64,000 bases of DNA, taken from the NCBI GenBank assembly GCA_040881855.1, contig JBBECM010000073.1:12515-76514 (forward strand), in the 5' to 3' direction. Position 1 is the stretch's first letter, and each line of letters begins with the position of its first letter. Both the position numbers and the translations under genes were made by a program. The notes beneath the pieces were generated by a model. The model had not been told where the DNA came from, did no database searches, and saw only the letters and a program-made list of their open reading frames with translations. This document shows positions 1 through 10,229 of the stretch, piece after piece. The DNA comes from Chthoniobacterales bacterium (GTDB lineage: Bacteria > Verrucomicrobiota > Verrucomicrobiia > Chthoniobacterales > JACTMZ01).

Positions 1-240
1 GCGCGCCTCGACCGGGCCGAGGTTGTTTTTCCCGTCGTGCCTGTCGCGGCCGGCGCGCTACTCCCCGCACCGGAGCCCGACCCCGCTTTGCGGGCGGGTC
101 TTGAAGGCAAGGGGCCACATCCGACGTGGTTCGAGGACTGGCGGGTCCTTGGTCCGGCCGGGGCGGCCGTTCTGCTCGGTCTCTACTCCTTGGCCACCAC
201 GGCGGCGCTGGTCCGCGGACGGCGGAAAGCCGAAGACTGA
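1..240 (+). CDS. 3' end of an unidentified CDS entering from upstream of the window (C-terminal hydrophobic helix plus basic tail)
   Basis: Frame 1 is open from base 1 to the TGA at 238-240. The translation ...WFEDWRVLGPAGAAVLLGLYSLATTAALVRGRRKAED has a natural composition and a terminal TM-like helix, whereas the competing frames are R/S/P-rich. No family recognised. Confidence 0.3.
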   Translation, partial: ARLDRAEVVFPVVPVAAGALLPAPEPDPALRAGLEGKGPHPTWFEDWRVLGPAGAAVLLGLYSLATTAALVRGRRKAED

Positions 241-249
241 GGTACGATT

Positions 250-792
250 CTAGAAGCCCGCGGCGGTTTTCACCGCGGCCTCGCGCAGGGTCTGTTCGTA
301 TTCCGGTTGGAGTTCGTTGCTGAAGAGCAAGAGCTTCCCCTCGCCCGTGGCCCCGTCGACCAGCATCTGCGCACTGACCGACTCGCCGGGCCAGACGAGC
401 GAGCGTCCGCCGGCGTCCGCGTGTGGCGCCGCCCCGTATCCGAGTTCGAGCGCTTCGCGCAGAATCGTGGTCTGGCGGTTGTCCGGCGTGGAAAATACCA
501 CCGCGTAGAAGCGCCCGCGCAGAAAATAATAGATCACCTCGCGGACCCGCACGCCGCCGAAGATGTGCGACTCTTCCTCGCGCAGGTAGACCTGCACCGG
601 GTCGTCCGGCACCGAAGCGCCGTCGACCTCTTCGAGTTGCCAGTGCTGCCGCGCCTCGTCGAGCGTGGCCCCGAAGGGAACCCCGGAAAACCTCTTGCTC
701 ACGTCCGGGAAAGTAACCGCGCCCGATTGCCCGGTGACTGTCCCGGTGGCAACCGGCAGAAAAAGGAGGGCGAGAAGAAGGGGGGCGCGCAT
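250..792 (-). CDS. secreted hypothetical protein
   Basis: Track ORF 250..966 trimmed to the internal ATG at 792, which opens a classic signal peptide (MRAPLLLALLFLPVATG). This start overlaps the stop of the upstream CDGSH gene by 1 nt (TGATG on the minus strand). No family recognised. Confidence 0.7.
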   Translation of the reverse strand: MRAPLLLALLFLPVATGTVTGQSGAVTFPDVSKRFSGVPFGATLDEARQHWQLEEVDGASVPDDPVQVYLREEESHIFGGVRVREVIYYFLRGRFYAVVFSTPDNRQTTILREALELGYGAAPHADAGGRSLVWPGESVSAQMLVDGATGEGKLLLFSNELQPEYEQTLREAAVKTAAGF

Positions 793-1043
793 CAGGAGAG
801 CTTGGCGTGCGAACCGTCGCAGAACGGCGGATTGGACGTGTGCTTGCAAAGGCACCAGGCGACTTTTTTCTTTTCCGTGATTTCCACCTTGAGCGGTTTG
901 AAACCTTTGTCCTTGTGGGCGCCGTCGCAGAAGGGCTGCGTGGAGGAGAATCCGCAGGAGCACCACCAGTAGGTGCCGGGTTCCATTTCCATCACCTCGG
1001 GGGTCTTCGCGCAGATCTTGGGAGAAGACATATCGGGCATCAT
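792..1043 (-). CDS. CDGSH-type iron-sulfur domain protein (two CDGSH motifs)
   Basis: Two copies of the CDGSH 2Fe-2S signature: CSCGFSSTQPFCDGAH and CLCKHTSNPPFCDGSH. Confidence 0.85.
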   Translation of the reverse strand: MMPDMSSPKICAKTPEVMEMEPGTYWWCSCGFSSTQPFCDGAHKDKGFKPLKVEITEKKKVAWCLCKHTSNPPFCDGSHAKLS

Positions 1044-1104
1044 GGACGAGCGGGGGGCGATTTGGCCAGACGGAAGGAGGCCGGCCGCGCGGCGGGCACG
1101 ACGG

Positions 1105-2352
1105 TCAGAACTCGATGACGTAAAAAAGCCCCTGGCTGACGGCCGCTGCTTCCTCGACGGTCATCCATCGTTCCTCGAAGCCCGGGCCGTAGGAGTCGGA
1201 GATGGCCAGTTCGCCGGTGGTCTCGTTGTAGCCGGTGATCATGCAGAGATGCGCGGACTCCGGGTCCTTGGCCAACTGCTTCCCCGCGGCACGCGCCGCT
1301 TCCAGCGAGGCCGACCAGGCAAGGGGATCGGTCATTTCCCGGCGCGACGCAAGGCGTCCATCCACGGCACGGTTAAAATCCGGCGTGCTGAACATCGCCC
1401 ACATGACCGGCAGTCCCCGGTCGATGAATTTGGCCGCGGCGGACGGCACAAGTTTGAGCGAAGGACTGTCGAGGCGCCGTCCCGCGCGCGTCACGGCATC
1501 GCGCGCGCCCCACATGATGTCTTGACCCGAGGTGCCGCCGCCAGCCTCCGTGTTCCCGGCCATGGCCAGAACATACATGTCGGCCGGCACGCCCATCCAG
1601 CGCATGGCCCGCTCCCAGGTCGCCGGGACGCAGTAACCCTTCGGGCCCTGATTGACCATGGGCAAGGCGGAGAGGATCACATCGCCGTTGGCCCGCCGCT
1701 CCACGCCCGCGGCGGCGCGCTCGCGGATGACATCGTCGGCCAATCTCGATTTTCCGCCGCTGTCCGCCTCGACCGACGGCAGGATGCGCAGTGTGACATA
1801 TTCGCCGCGCGGCGCGGAAAGCAGGAAAGCGTGCCCGCGCCAATCCCAGCGCTGCATGGTTTCACGCGTCCGGCTGCCTTGTCCGAAACGCGCGGTGGCG
1901 GGTTCCCCGAAAAGCGATCCGAGGGCCGCGGCCAACGTCTTCTCGTCCTCCTCGATAGCCTTGCGGTTCCCGCGCAGTTCGGCGCGCCGCTGGCGCAGAT
2001 CGCGGTTGTCGGTCGGACCGATGGCGGTGGCCACGGCATCCCCTTTGTTGGCGAAGACGAGCGAAAGCGCGGCGACGCGTCCGTCCTCCCCGTAAAGCGC
2101 TTGCGAGTAAGGACGCGCCCCGAGGAACCGCGAGGACGCAGCGGGATAAAGACGGTAACTCGAGTTGACGGGTGTCTCGGACTCCCGAGGCCAGCCGAGC
2201 CGTTGCGCCACGGTGCCCGCTTGATCATCCCAGAGATTGTCGTCCGCAAAGAGCAGCGCACCGCAGGCCGTGTTGATCTCCGCGAAATCCGGTCCGGCCG
2301 CCCGGGCCGTGGCCGCGAGGAGGAGCACGGGCAGGATCAGGCGCGGGATCAT
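1105..2352 (-). CDS. secreted protein with a putative papain/C39-like cysteine peptidase domain
   Basis: Signal peptide MIPRLILPVLLLAATARAAG. The C-terminal ~200 aa shows a Gln/Cys (VNQGPKGYCVPAT), His (SAHLCMITGYN), Asp (ISDSYG) order typical of papain-like folds. The family assignment rests on this pattern only. Confidence 0.7.
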   Translation of the reverse strand: MIPRLILPVLLLAATARAAGPDFAEINTACGALLFADDNLWDDQAGTVAQRLGWPRESETPVNSSYRLYPAASSRFLGARPYSQALYGEDGRVAALSLVFANKGDAVATAIGPTDNRDLRQRRAELRGNRKAIEEDEKTLAAALGSLFGEPATARFGQGSRTRETMQRWDWRGHAFLLSAPRGEYVTLRILPSVEADSGGKSRLADDVIRERAAAGVERRANGDVILSALPMVNQGPKGYCVPATWERAMRWMGVPADMYVLAMAGNTEAGGGTSGQDIMWGARDAVTRAGRRLDSPSLKLVPSAAAKFIDRGLPVMWAMFSTPDFNRAVDGRLASRREMTDPLAWSASLEAARAAGKQLAKDPESAHLCMITGYNETTGELAISDSYGPGFEERWMTVEEAAAVSQGLFYVIEF

Positions 2353-2363
2353 TCGGCTGGGCG

Positions 2364-3476
2364 CTATTTTTTCGTCTCCGGATTGAGCGACTTCAGCTCC
2401 GGCGGCACAAAGATGCCATCTTTGCGGATGAGTTTGCCATCAAAGCAAACCTCGCCGCCGCCGTAGTCGGCGCGCTGGATGCAGACCATGTCCCAGTGGA
2501 CCTGGCTGCGGTTGCCGTTACCACCGACTTCGTAGGCTTGTCCGGGGGTGAAGTGGAAAGAACCGGCAATTTTCTCGTCGAAAAGGATATCGCGGATGGG
2601 ATGGAGGATGTGCGGGTTGAAGCCGAGCGAGAATTCGCCGATGAAGCGGGCACCGGCATCGGCATCGAGGATCGCGTCGAGCTTGGCCGTCTGGCGTCCA
2701 CCCTCGGCGCGGATAATGCGGCCCTGTTTGAATTCGAGCACCACGTCCTCGAAAGCGGTCCCGTGGTAAATGCTGGGCACATTGAAGTGCACGCGGCCTT
2801 CGACGCTGCGTTTGACCGGCGCGGTGAAGACCTCGCCATCCGGGATATTGCGGTCGCCACCGCAGATGACCGAGCCGATGCCCTTGATGCTGAAACGCAG
2901 GTCCGTGCCGGGTCCTTTGATCTGCACCTGATCGGTGGTGTCCATGAGCGCCTTGAGCGTTTCCATGCCTTGGCGCAATTTCCCGTAGTCCGTCGTGCAG
3001 ACACGGAAGTAGTAATCCTCGAAAGCCTCCGTGCTCATGCCGGCCTGCTGGGCCATGGACGGGGTGGGCCAGCGCAGGACAACCCAGCGGGTTTTGTTGA
3101 TCCGGTGGTTCATGACTGGACGCATGGTGGCGGCGATCATTTTCATGTTCCCGGGCGAAACATCGCTCATTTCGGTCACATTTTCGCTGCCGCGGATGGC
3201 GATGTAGGCGTCCATCTTTTTCATGCGGGCCATTTCGATCTCCGAGGCGACCGACAGCTGTTCCTTTGTGGCGTGCAACGCCATTTCGCGCGCGATGCGT
3301 CCGTGCTGGAGTTGGACGAACGGCAGGGCTTGGGCTGCACGGATGGCGCGCACGAGGGCGACGACCATGGCATCGGGAACATCGGAAACCTCGACCAGCA
3401 CCTTGTCGCCGGGTTGCAAGGCGGTGGAATGTCTGGTCAGAACCCCGGCCAGCTGGTCGTAACGTGCATCGGTCAT
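2364..3476 (-). CDS. aminopeptidase, M29 (AmpS/PepS/aminopeptidase T) family
   Basis: Length (370 aa) and full-length resemblance to M29 aminopeptidases, including the conserved C-terminal block [25 protein letters not shown] start. Confidence 0.88.
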   Translation of the reverse strand: MTDARYDQLAGVLTRHSTALQPGDKVLVEVSDVPDAMVVALVRAIRAAQALPFVQLQHGRIAREMALHATKEQLSVASEIEMARMKKMDAYIAIRGSENVTEMSDVSPGNMKMIAATMRPVMNHRINKTRWVVLRWPTPSMAQQAGMSTEAFEDYYFRVCTTDYGKLRQGMETLKALMDTTDQVQIKGPGTDLRFSIKGIGSVICGGDRNIPDGEVFTAPVKRSVEGRVHFNVPSIYHGTAFEDVVLEFKQGRIIRAEGGRQTAKLDAILDADAGARFIGEFSLGFNPHILHPIRDILFDEKIAGSFHFTPGQAYEVGGNGNRSQVHWDMVCIQRADYGGGEVCFDGKLIRKDGIFVPPELKSLNPETKK

Positions 3477-3518
3477 GGGAAAGATATGCCCGAGGCCGCG
3501 GGCCCGGGCAACGCAGGA

Positions 3519-4394
3519 CTAGCGGACTTTTTCCATCGAATCCAAGGACACGCGGTAGAGTTGGCCGCCCTCGTTGGCGATGACGACCGAATGGTTGCCG
3601 TCGAATGCGGCCGCCTCGGCTTGCCAGGCGAAGACCGGCGTCCAGCGCGCACCGCGGCGGAAAATACTGCCCGAAGCCGGGTCATATTCGAAGACCCAGA
3701 GGGAGGTGTAGGTCAGGACGGCCACCAGCTTGCCATCTGGCGAGGCGTCCGCCGCGGTGACCATGCCGCCGATTTCGAAAGAGTCGACCAGCCGCAGCGG
3801 GTTGGATTTGTCCGGCGACTCCCCTTCCAGCCGGTAAAGGCGCGTGCGCTTGTCGCTCCGGTGCTTGGTCAGGAAGTAGATGCGGTCACCGGCAGAGAAG
3901 ACCGCCTCGCAATCATAGTCGGGCGAAGCCTCCCGCTGGTCCTCGTAATGCACGCGCAGCGTGCGCGCGGGCCGGGTACTCGTCGTGCCGGGCCGCGGCT
4001 CCCCGACGAAATGCAGCATCAACTGCTTGCGGCGCCCGAGATTGTTGCCCACATCGGCAATGATGAGGTTCCCCTTGCCGTCAAGGGCGAGGTCTTCCCA
4101 ATCGAAATTCCGGACCCCTTCGATCCGCACCGGACCCGACCATCCCGGGGCCAGCTGGCCATCGGCGGTCACGGCCACGACCACGGAAGCGTTGCCGGAA
4201 TCGCCCAAAGCCCAGAAAATGCCGCGGTAACGCAGGCTTTGGGCCAAGCCGGAGCACTCGGTGACGAGGGCAGGATCGATTTTCCCGGCGGGCTGGAGAA
4301 AACGGAAAGCCTGCCAGGGAAACTGCGCTGGAGCCGGAGTGGCGAGGACCAACAAGAGCAGAAGGTAGAAAACCGCAGAGAGCACGGAGGTCAT
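3519..4394 (-). CDS. exported beta-propeller-like hypothetical protein
   Basis: Track ORF 3519..4547 trimmed to the ATG at 4394, which has a GAGGGGGA Shine-Dalgarno-like run ~9 nt upstream. This gives the signal/anchor MTSVLSAVFYLLLLLVLATPAPAQ. The body is beta-rich and repetitive, with a SdiA-regulated/phytase-like flavour. An alternative ATG at 4445 cannot be excluded. Confidence 0.7.
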   Translation of the reverse strand: MTSVLSAVFYLLLLLVLATPAPAQFPWQAFRFLQPAGKIDPALVTECSGLAQSLRYRGIFWALGDSGNASVVVAVTADGQLAPGWSGPVRIEGVRNFDWEDLALDGKGNLIIADVGNNLGRRKQLMLHFVGEPRPGTTSTRPARTLRVHYEDQREASPDYDCEAVFSAGDRIYFLTKHRSDKRTRLYRLEGESPDKSNPLRLVDSFEIGGMVTAADASPDGKLVAVLTYTSLWVFEYDPASGSIFRRGARWTPVFAWQAEAAAFDGNHSVVIANEGGQLYRVSLDSMEKVR

Positions 4395-4464
4395 AAAGGG
4401 CAGTCCCCCTCTACGTTTTCCGAGTCCTCTGCGGTTTTTGTCCATCGAAAGTCCGATGGACCGC

Positions 4465-5979
4465 TCAATACGACTTGGCGAAGACCACGCGGCGGGCGCT
4501 GGGTTTTCCGGTGAAAGGACAAACCCCCGGTTCGGCATCCCCGTCACGCGGGATGCAGCGGATGGTCACTTTGAGTTCTTCTTTGATCTTTTCCTCCGTT
4601 TCGCGCGTGCCGTCCCAGTGCGCGAGAGCAAAGCCGCCGTGGATTTCCGGCTGGGCGGCGTTTTTCGGGGTGAAAAAAGCGCGGAAGTCGTCCGCGGAGT
4701 CGATGACCTTGGTGTGTTCCTCGCGGAACTTGGTGGCCCGATCAAGCAGGCCGGATTGGATCGACTCGAGCAGGGCGCCGGCGCCGGCGACGAATTCCGC
4801 GGCGGCGGGAAATTCTTTTTCCTTCGGCCCCCGGTCGCGACGACTGACCGCAACCGAGCCTTTATCCAAATCGCGCGGACCAATCTCGACGCGGAGCGGA
4901 ACGCCTTTCTTGATCCACTCCCAATTTTTCGTTCCCCCGCCGGCATCGCGGAGGTCGATCTCGACCCGGACCGGTTCGCCGAAGGCGGTTTGTCCGCGCA
5001 ACTGCACCGCCAGCTTCTCCGCCGCTTCGAGCACGGCGGACCGGGACTCCTCCTTGGTCAGGACCGGGAGAATGACAATCTGCGAGGGGGCAACGCGCGG
5101 CGGCAAAACAAGACCGTCGTCGTCGGAATGCGCCATGATCAGCGTCCCGATGAGTCGCGTGCTCACGCCCCAGCTGGTCGTCCAGGCGAGTTGGCGGCTG
5201 CCATCGCGCGCCGCGAACTCGATGCCGGAGGCGCGGGAAAAGTTTTGTCCGAGAAAGTGCGAAGTCCCGGCCTGGATGGCCTTGCGGTCCTGCACCATAG
5301 CTTCGATGCAGAGGGTGCTGACCGCGCCGGGAAAACGTTCGCTTTCGGATTTCTCCCCGGTGAAAACGGGCAGCGCGAGATGCTCGCGGGCGAACTTTTC
5401 ATAAACGCCGAGCATTTGCCCGGTCTCGGCCACGGCTTCCTCCATCGTCTCGTGCGCGGTGTGGCCTTCCTGCCAGAGGAATTCGGAGGTGCGCAGGAAA
5501 AGGCGCGGACGCATTTCCCAGCGGACCACATTGGCCCACTGGTTGATGAGCAGCGGGAGGTCGCGGTAGCTCTGCACCCAGCGGGCATAGGCGGCCCCGA
5601 TGATCGTTTCGGACGTCGGGCGGACGATGAGCGGTTCGTTCAATTCGCCGGCCGGCACAAGCTTGCCGTCTTTTTCCTCCAACCGGTGGTGCGTGACCAC
5701 GGCGCATTCTTTGGCAAAGCCTTCGACATGCGCGGCTTCTTTCTCGAGGAAGCTCAGCGGGATGAAGAGCGGGAAGTAGGCGTTGACGTGGCCGGTCGCC
5801 TTGAACATGGCGTCGAGCTGACGCTGCATGTTCTCCCAAATTCCCCACCCCCACGGCTTGATGATCATGCAGCCGCGCACATCGGAATTTTCCGCGAGGT
5901 CGGCGGCTTTGATGACCTGCTGATACCACTCGGGAAAATTGTCCGGCCGGGTCGGGGAGATTGCGGTCTGGTTACTCAT
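4465..5979 (-). CDS. proS: proline--tRNA ligase (archaeal/eukaryote-like type, no insertion editing domain)
   Basis: Class II aaRS blocks (FPLFIPLSFL, RPTSETIIG, LLINQWANVVRWE, AGTSHFLGQNFS), an anticodon-binding region, and a C-terminal extension ending in the conserved terminal Tyr (...FAKSY). Confidence 0.95.
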   Translation of the reverse strand: MSNQTAISPTRPDNFPEWYQQVIKAADLAENSDVRGCMIIKPWGWGIWENMQRQLDAMFKATGHVNAYFPLFIPLSFLEKEAAHVEGFAKECAVVTHHRLEEKDGKLVPAGELNEPLIVRPTSETIIGAAYARWVQSYRDLPLLINQWANVVRWEMRPRLFLRTSEFLWQEGHTAHETMEEAVAETGQMLGVYEKFAREHLALPVFTGEKSESERFPGAVSTLCIEAMVQDRKAIQAGTSHFLGQNFSRASGIEFAARDGSRQLAWTTSWGVSTRLIGTLIMAHSDDDGLVLPPRVAPSQIVILPVLTKEESRSAVLEAAEKLAVQLRGQTAFGEPVRVEIDLRDAGGGTKNWEWIKKGVPLRVEIGPRDLDKGSVAVSRRDRGPKEKEFPAAAEFVAGAGALLESIQSGLLDRATKFREEHTKVIDSADDFRAFFTPKNAAQPEIHGGFALAHWDGTRETEEKIKEELKVTIRCIPRDGDAEPGVCPFTGKPSARRVVFAKSY

Positions 5980-5994
5980 GAAGAAAACCGGATC

Positions 5995-7122
5995 CTAACC
6001 GGCCTGCAGGCTGGCGAGAAACCTTTTGAAAAAATCAACGCCGGCTTTGAGATCATCCACCGCGATGAATTCGTTTTCGGTGTGGGCCTGCGCGATGGAA
6101 CCGGGTCCGACAGCCACGGCCGGCGTGCCGCGGGAGGAAAAGATGGCCGCGTCGCAGAACCACGCGGCGCCGGCGGGCCGCCCGCCCGCTTCGATCAATT
6201 GGCCGACCAGCGGGTGCGAGGGGTCGGTGTCGAGCGCCTCGGATCCGGCGATGCGGCTCACGGCCAGGCCCGGGCAGGCGGCGCGCATGACTGCGAAAAC
6301 GGATTCCGCCTCGCGGTCCTTCCACTGAGCGGGGAGCAAACGCAGATCGACCACCGCCTCGGCGTGGTCGGGCACGATGTTGAATTTCGTTCCGCCGCGG
6401 ATGGTGCCGATGCTGAAGGTCGGATGGCCCAGGACGGGATCGTCGATCGCGGCGAAAGACGCGGCCAGAGCTTCCTGCAAGGAGAGCAATCCCGCGGCGA
6501 GCTTGATGATCGCGTTCTCACCGCGTTCGGGACACGAACTGTGCGCCGAGCGGCCCGTCGCGGTGATCCGCGCGGTCACATCGACTTTGTGTTTGTAGAC
6601 GACCTCCAGACCCGTGGGTTCGCCCACCACGACAAAAGCAAACTCCTCCTCCGCGGCCAGCGCCTTGGCCCCGTCCTGCCCGGCCTCCTCGCCCATCAGC
6701 CCGGCGAACCAGATTTCGTGGGTGAGGCGCGGCAGAAGATCGCGAGTCTCGTGCAGGGCCCAGAGCATGGCGGCCATCGGCCCCTTGGTGTCGCTGGCCC
6801 CGCGCCCGTAAATTTTCCCGTCGCGCAACTCCCCGCCGAACGGATCGATGGTCATGCCCGCCACGCTGACCGTGTCCGTATGCGGGGCAAGGAGCAGACG
6901 CGGTTTGCCCGGGGCGGGGAAGCGTCCGACCACGTTGGGGCGTCCGGGCTCGACCGGACGCAGCCCCGCCTCCGCCCCGAGGGAGCGGAGAAATTCCGCG
7001 ACGAATTCCGCGCAAGCCTCTTCGCCGGTGCGGTCGGTGCCGGGGTCGCCGTCGGGATTGACGCTGGGAATGCGGATCAGCGCCTGCGCCAGTTCCACGA
7101 CGGAAGCGGGCGCCGCGCTCAT
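5995..7122 (-). CDS. M20 family metallopeptidase (ArgE/DapE-type deacylase)
   Basis: Motifs LLLAPHTDTV, GRGASDTKG and GLMGEEAG (metal ligands). Track ORF trimmed to the ATG at 7122 (MSAAPASVVELAQALIRIPS), which overlaps the upstream stop as ATGA. Confidence 0.85.
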   Translation of the reverse strand: MSAAPASVVELAQALIRIPSVNPDGDPGTDRTGEEACAEFVAEFLRSLGAEAGLRPVEPGRPNVVGRFPAPGKPRLLLAPHTDTVSVAGMTIDPFGGELRDGKIYGRGASDTKGPMAAMLWALHETRDLLPRLTHEIWFAGLMGEEAGQDGAKALAAEEEFAFVVVGEPTGLEVVYKHKVDVTARITATGRSAHSSCPERGENAIIKLAAGLLSLQEALAASFAAIDDPVLGHPTFSIGTIRGGTKFNIVPDHAEAVVDLRLLPAQWKDREAESVFAVMRAACPGLAVSRIAGSEALDTDPSHPLVGQLIEAGGRPAGAAWFCDAAIFSSRGTPAVAVGPGSIAQAHTENEFIAVDDLKAGVDFFKRFLASLQAG

Positions 7123-8069
7123 GCCGCAGTGGAACGGAACCACTCGACGAATTTCGGGATGCCCTCGGCGATTTTGGTCCGCGGCTGGTAACCCAGCAGC
7201 AAGCGCGCCTTGGAGATGTCCGCCCACGTGGCCGGCATGTCCCCTGGTTGGTCGGGTTGGCGGTCGATGACCGCTTTTTCGCCCGTCGCATCTTCGATGG
7301 CCGCGATCAATTCGCGCAGCGAGGTGGTTTCCGACTCGCCGATGTTGAAGATATCGAAGTCGGCACGCCCGTAGTCGGCGGCCCCGCGGATGCCTTGCAC
7401 AACGTCATCCACGTAGGTGTAGTCACGGCGACTGGTGCCGTCGCCGTATTGGGTGATGGGACGTGCCTCATGGATGGCACGGGTGAATTTATGGATGGCG
7501 AGATCGGGGCGCTGGCCGGGGCCGTAAACGGTGAAGAAGCGCAGGACGACGACCGGCAGGCCGTGGAGGTGGGAATAGGTGGAACACAGTTGCTCGCCGG
7601 CCACCTTGGTCGCGGCGTAGGGACTGTAAGTGCGGCGCAGAGCGGCGCTCTCGCGGAAGGGGACCTCGTCGGTCGCCCCGTAGACGGACGAGCTGCTGGC
7701 GAAGAGGAATTTCCCCGTGCCGCCCCGCACCGCCGCGTCGAGGACATTCACCGTGCCGAGCACATTGGTCCGAGCGTAGAGGGAGGGTTGTTCGATGGAC
7801 GGACGGACGCCGGCGCGGGCGGCGAGGTGGAGGACAACGTCCCAGCCGGGGGCGAAAGCCCGGGCGACCGCCTCGGGGTCGCAGATATCGCCTTCGAAGA
7901 GTTCCGCTTCGGCCAGACCGGCCATGTTGCAGCGCTTGACCTGCGGGTCGTAAAAGCTGTTGAAATTGTCAAGGACCCCCACTTTCCAACCTTCCCGCAG
8001 AAAAAGGGCGGCCGCATGGGAGCCGACAAAGCCGGCGCCGCCGGTGATAAGGATACTGCGTCGGGACAT
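7119..8069 (-). CDS. NAD-dependent nucleotide-sugar epimerase/dehydratase (SDR, extended)
   Basis: Rossmann motif ITGGAGFVGSH, catalytic YSPYAATK (YxxxK), and RFFTVYGPGQRPD typical of UDP-sugar 4-epimerases. Confidence 0.9.
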   Translation of the reverse strand: MSRRSILITGGAGFVGSHAAALFLREGWKVGVLDNFNSFYDPQVKRCNMAGLAEAELFEGDICDPEAVARAFAPGWDVVLHLAARAGVRPSIEQPSLYARTNVLGTVNVLDAAVRGGTGKFLFASSSSVYGATDEVPFRESAALRRTYSPYAATKVAGEQLCSTYSHLHGLPVVVLRFFTVYGPGQRPDLAIHKFTRAIHEARPITQYGDGTSRRDYTYVDDVVQGIRGAADYGRADFDIFNIGESETTSLRELIAAIEDATGEKAVIDRQPDQPGDMPATWADISKARLLLGYQPRTKIAEGIPKFVEWFRSTAA

Positions 8070-8113
8070 TGGGATATTTCAGCGGCTCGGCGCACGGGCG
8101 AGAAGCCCGAAAA

Positions 8114-9124
8114 TCACGCGGCGAGATTAGCGGGCTGTCCGGACAAGCGGTCGGCGACCAGTTGCGCGAGCGAACGCGCACCGCGGTCGAAAAGAAAACG
8201 CGCCTCGGCACCTTCCTCCGGCCAGGCGAGAACAAGGACATCGGCGAGGAATTTGTGTTCGAGGCGCGCCAGCGAAGGCGCGCCGGGAGGCAGGGCGCGC
8301 GGACGGCGCGGGTGCGCCCGCGGGACAAAATAGAGCATCTGCGCGGCGCCATCGGCCGAGACCAGCCAACCGAAACGGTTGCGCGGGTAGCCGGGGCCGC
8401 TCCCGCTGATGCACGGCACGGCCCATTCGACGCGCCAACCGGGTCCGGCCTGCGCTTCCACCGCCGCGCGGGCGGCGGAGGGCAGATCGTCCGGCAAATC
8501 GGCAACCGGCAACTCGTCGGGCGCGAGCCGCAATTTGCGTCCACACAGCCAGAGCTTGACCCCCGTGGCGCGCAGCATGCGGGGGACGAAAAACCAGATG
8601 GCGGCGAGGAGGAAAATGGCCAGCACGAGGGCCACGATCGGGTAGGTAAAAATGAGTCCGAGTCCGAGGACCACGGTGGCGTCCTCGGCCACGCTCAAGG
8701 CGATGTTGGAGACCGGCTCGGGCGAGGCATTGGCCTGCAAGCGGGCGGTCGACTTCAACGCGTGGGTGGTGAAGCCGAGCCAGGCGGCGAGCAGTCCGAC
8801 CACGACATTGAAGACGGCATTGCTTTCGCCCAGCACCATGATGGCGAGCAACGCGGCGCCGACCGGACGGATGGCGGTATGGACGGCATCCCAGGCCGAA
8901 TCGACCCAGGGAATTTTATCGGCCAGAAATTCCATGGCGAAAAGCACGCCCGCGACGGCCAGAACGAGCGGGTCGGCCAAGACTTCGAGGCGCTGGTAGG
9001 CGGGCGAGAGATCGATCCAGTCGAATCGCACCGCGAGGCCGGTAAGAAAAACGGTCAGGTAAAGGTTGAGGCCGGCCAGCGAGGCCAAGCCGACGGCGAC
9101 ACCGAGGAGTTGGAGGATTTCCAT
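8114..9124 (-). CDS. DUF4126-like integral membrane protein with a C-terminal soluble extension
   Basis: N-terminal ~190 aa form multiple TM helices (LGVAVGLASLAGLNLYLTVFLTGL ... FLADKIPWVDSAWD) characteristic of DUF4126. The C-terminal ~140 aa are soluble. Confidence 0.78.
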   Translation of the reverse strand: MEILQLLGVAVGLASLAGLNLYLTVFLTGLAVRFDWIDLSPAYQRLEVLADPLVLAVAGVLFAMEFLADKIPWVDSAWDAVHTAIRPVGAALLAIMVLGESNAVFNVVVGLLAAWLGFTTHALKSTARLQANASPEPVSNIALSVAEDATVVLGLGLIFTYPIVALVLAIFLLAAIWFFVPRMLRATGVKLWLCGRKLRLAPDELPVADLPDDLPSAARAAVEAQAGPGWRVEWAVPCISGSGPGYPRNRFGWLVSADGAAQMLYFVPRAHPRRPRALPPGAPSLARLEHKFLADVLVLAWPEEGAEARFLFDRGARSLAQLVADRLSGQPANLAA

Positions 9125-9172
9125 GGGACGGGCGGAAGATAATCTATTCCGCGGTCAATGCCAGTCCGGGCC

Positions 9173-9206
9173 AAAAAAAACCCCCTCCGACCGGAGCCGG
9201 AGGGGA
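9173..9206 (-). terminator. rho-independent terminator downstream of the porin-like gene
   Basis: Minus strand reads CCCCTCCG-(8 nt loop)-CGGAGGGG followed directly by T8. It lies 20 nt after the stop at 9226. Confidence 0.65.
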
Positions 9207-9225
9207 TTTGTAAGTGGAGGCTGCT

Positions 9226-10161
9226 TTAGAACGAGAAGTTGGCGCTCACGCCGGCCCACCAGGTGTCGGTGTCGGTGCCGACGATATCCTGCCACTGGTA
9301 GGAGTAGGCAATATAGGGCGAAATCCCGAACCAGCTGGTCACCGAGATCGGCAGAGCCAAACCGAGTTGGAGGTTGTTGCCGCCGTCGAAGAGGTTCCCG
9401 TTGTTGTTGGCGTTGAACCCGAAATTGATGCCGTAGGCAACATAGGGATCGACCGCGAGCCAATCGGTGACGGGCACGCTGGCGTCAATCTGCAGCAGCA
9501 GGTAAGAGGCGCCGGGCTCGGTCCAACCTCCGTTGCCGGCGTGCGGGCCGACGTTGAGGAAGTAGGTGGCGTTCGGGGTGATCGTCACCGATCCGACTTC
9601 GACATTGTAGGCGAGTGCCCAGTAGAGCTCGTTCTGGCTCAGGTTGTCACCACCGAGGCCGAAGTTGTTCGGATAATAATAGTAGATCCAGCCGAACGAC
9701 GCGTCGAGCGGGCCGAAGCTATGGGTGTAGTCGAGGAAGACATCGAGCTCCTGATACTGGCGACTGGTCGATGAGCTGACGCCGTACCAAACCCCCGCGG
9801 TGAAAGCACCGTTCTCCCAAGGTGTGATCCCGATGTCGCCGCCGAGCCAATAAAGGCCGCGGCCGTTACCGAGCAAGTTGGCTCCGCGGAACATGTAGAG
9901 GCTGTCCCATCCGGTGGCGGCGTTGACCGACCACCATTTGTCTTCTTCTTCAATGACGACGACTTCCTTGTTCATCGACTTGCCGTCGACGACGCTGACC
10001 GTGGTGACGGTGGCTTCGGTCGTCGGGCCGCCGGCACTGATCGGGGCCGAACGGGCGCGTCCCAAGGTTTGGGCTCCGGCCGAAGAACCAGTTTCAGTTT
10101 GAGCCTGCGCCAGCGGGGCGGCCAGCAGCAAGGTTGCTATTAACGCGAGGAGTTTTTTCAT
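9226..10161 (-). CDS. outer-membrane beta-barrel (porin-like) protein
   Basis: Track ORF trimmed to the ATG at 10161, which gives the signal peptide MKKLLALIATLLLAAPLAQAQ. Alternating aromatic/Gly-rich beta-strand pattern and a terminal ...SANFSF (C-terminal Phe typical of OMPs). Confidence 0.8.
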   Translation of the reverse strand: MKKLLALIATLLLAAPLAQAQTETGSSAGAQTLGRARSAPISAGGPTTEATVTTVSVVDGKSMNKEVVVIEEEDKWWSVNAATGWDSLYMFRGANLLGNGRGLYWLGGDIGITPWENGAFTAGVWYGVSSSTSRQYQELDVFLDYTHSFGPLDASFGWIYYYYPNNFGLGGDNLSQNELYWALAYNVEVGSVTITPNATYFLNVGPHAGNGGWTEPGASYLLLQIDASVPVTDWLAVDPYVAYGINFGFNANNNGNLFDGGNNLQLGLALPISVTSWFGISPYIAYSYQWQDIVGTDTDTWWAGVSANFSF

Positions 10162-10229
10162 GGTTTTAGTGGGTTTGGTTTTTTGGAGACTGTCCCGCAG
10201 GGAGACGATGTATCGAACAAATCCTTTGA

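Noticed and set aside
4438-7191. 917-aa ORF on the plus strand
   Set aside because: It lies antisense to proS and the M20 peptidase gene, both of which carry strong family motifs. Its translation is R/G/A/D-rich and low in complexity, with no recognisable domain. This is the usual stop-codon-poor antisense frame of a GC-rich genome.
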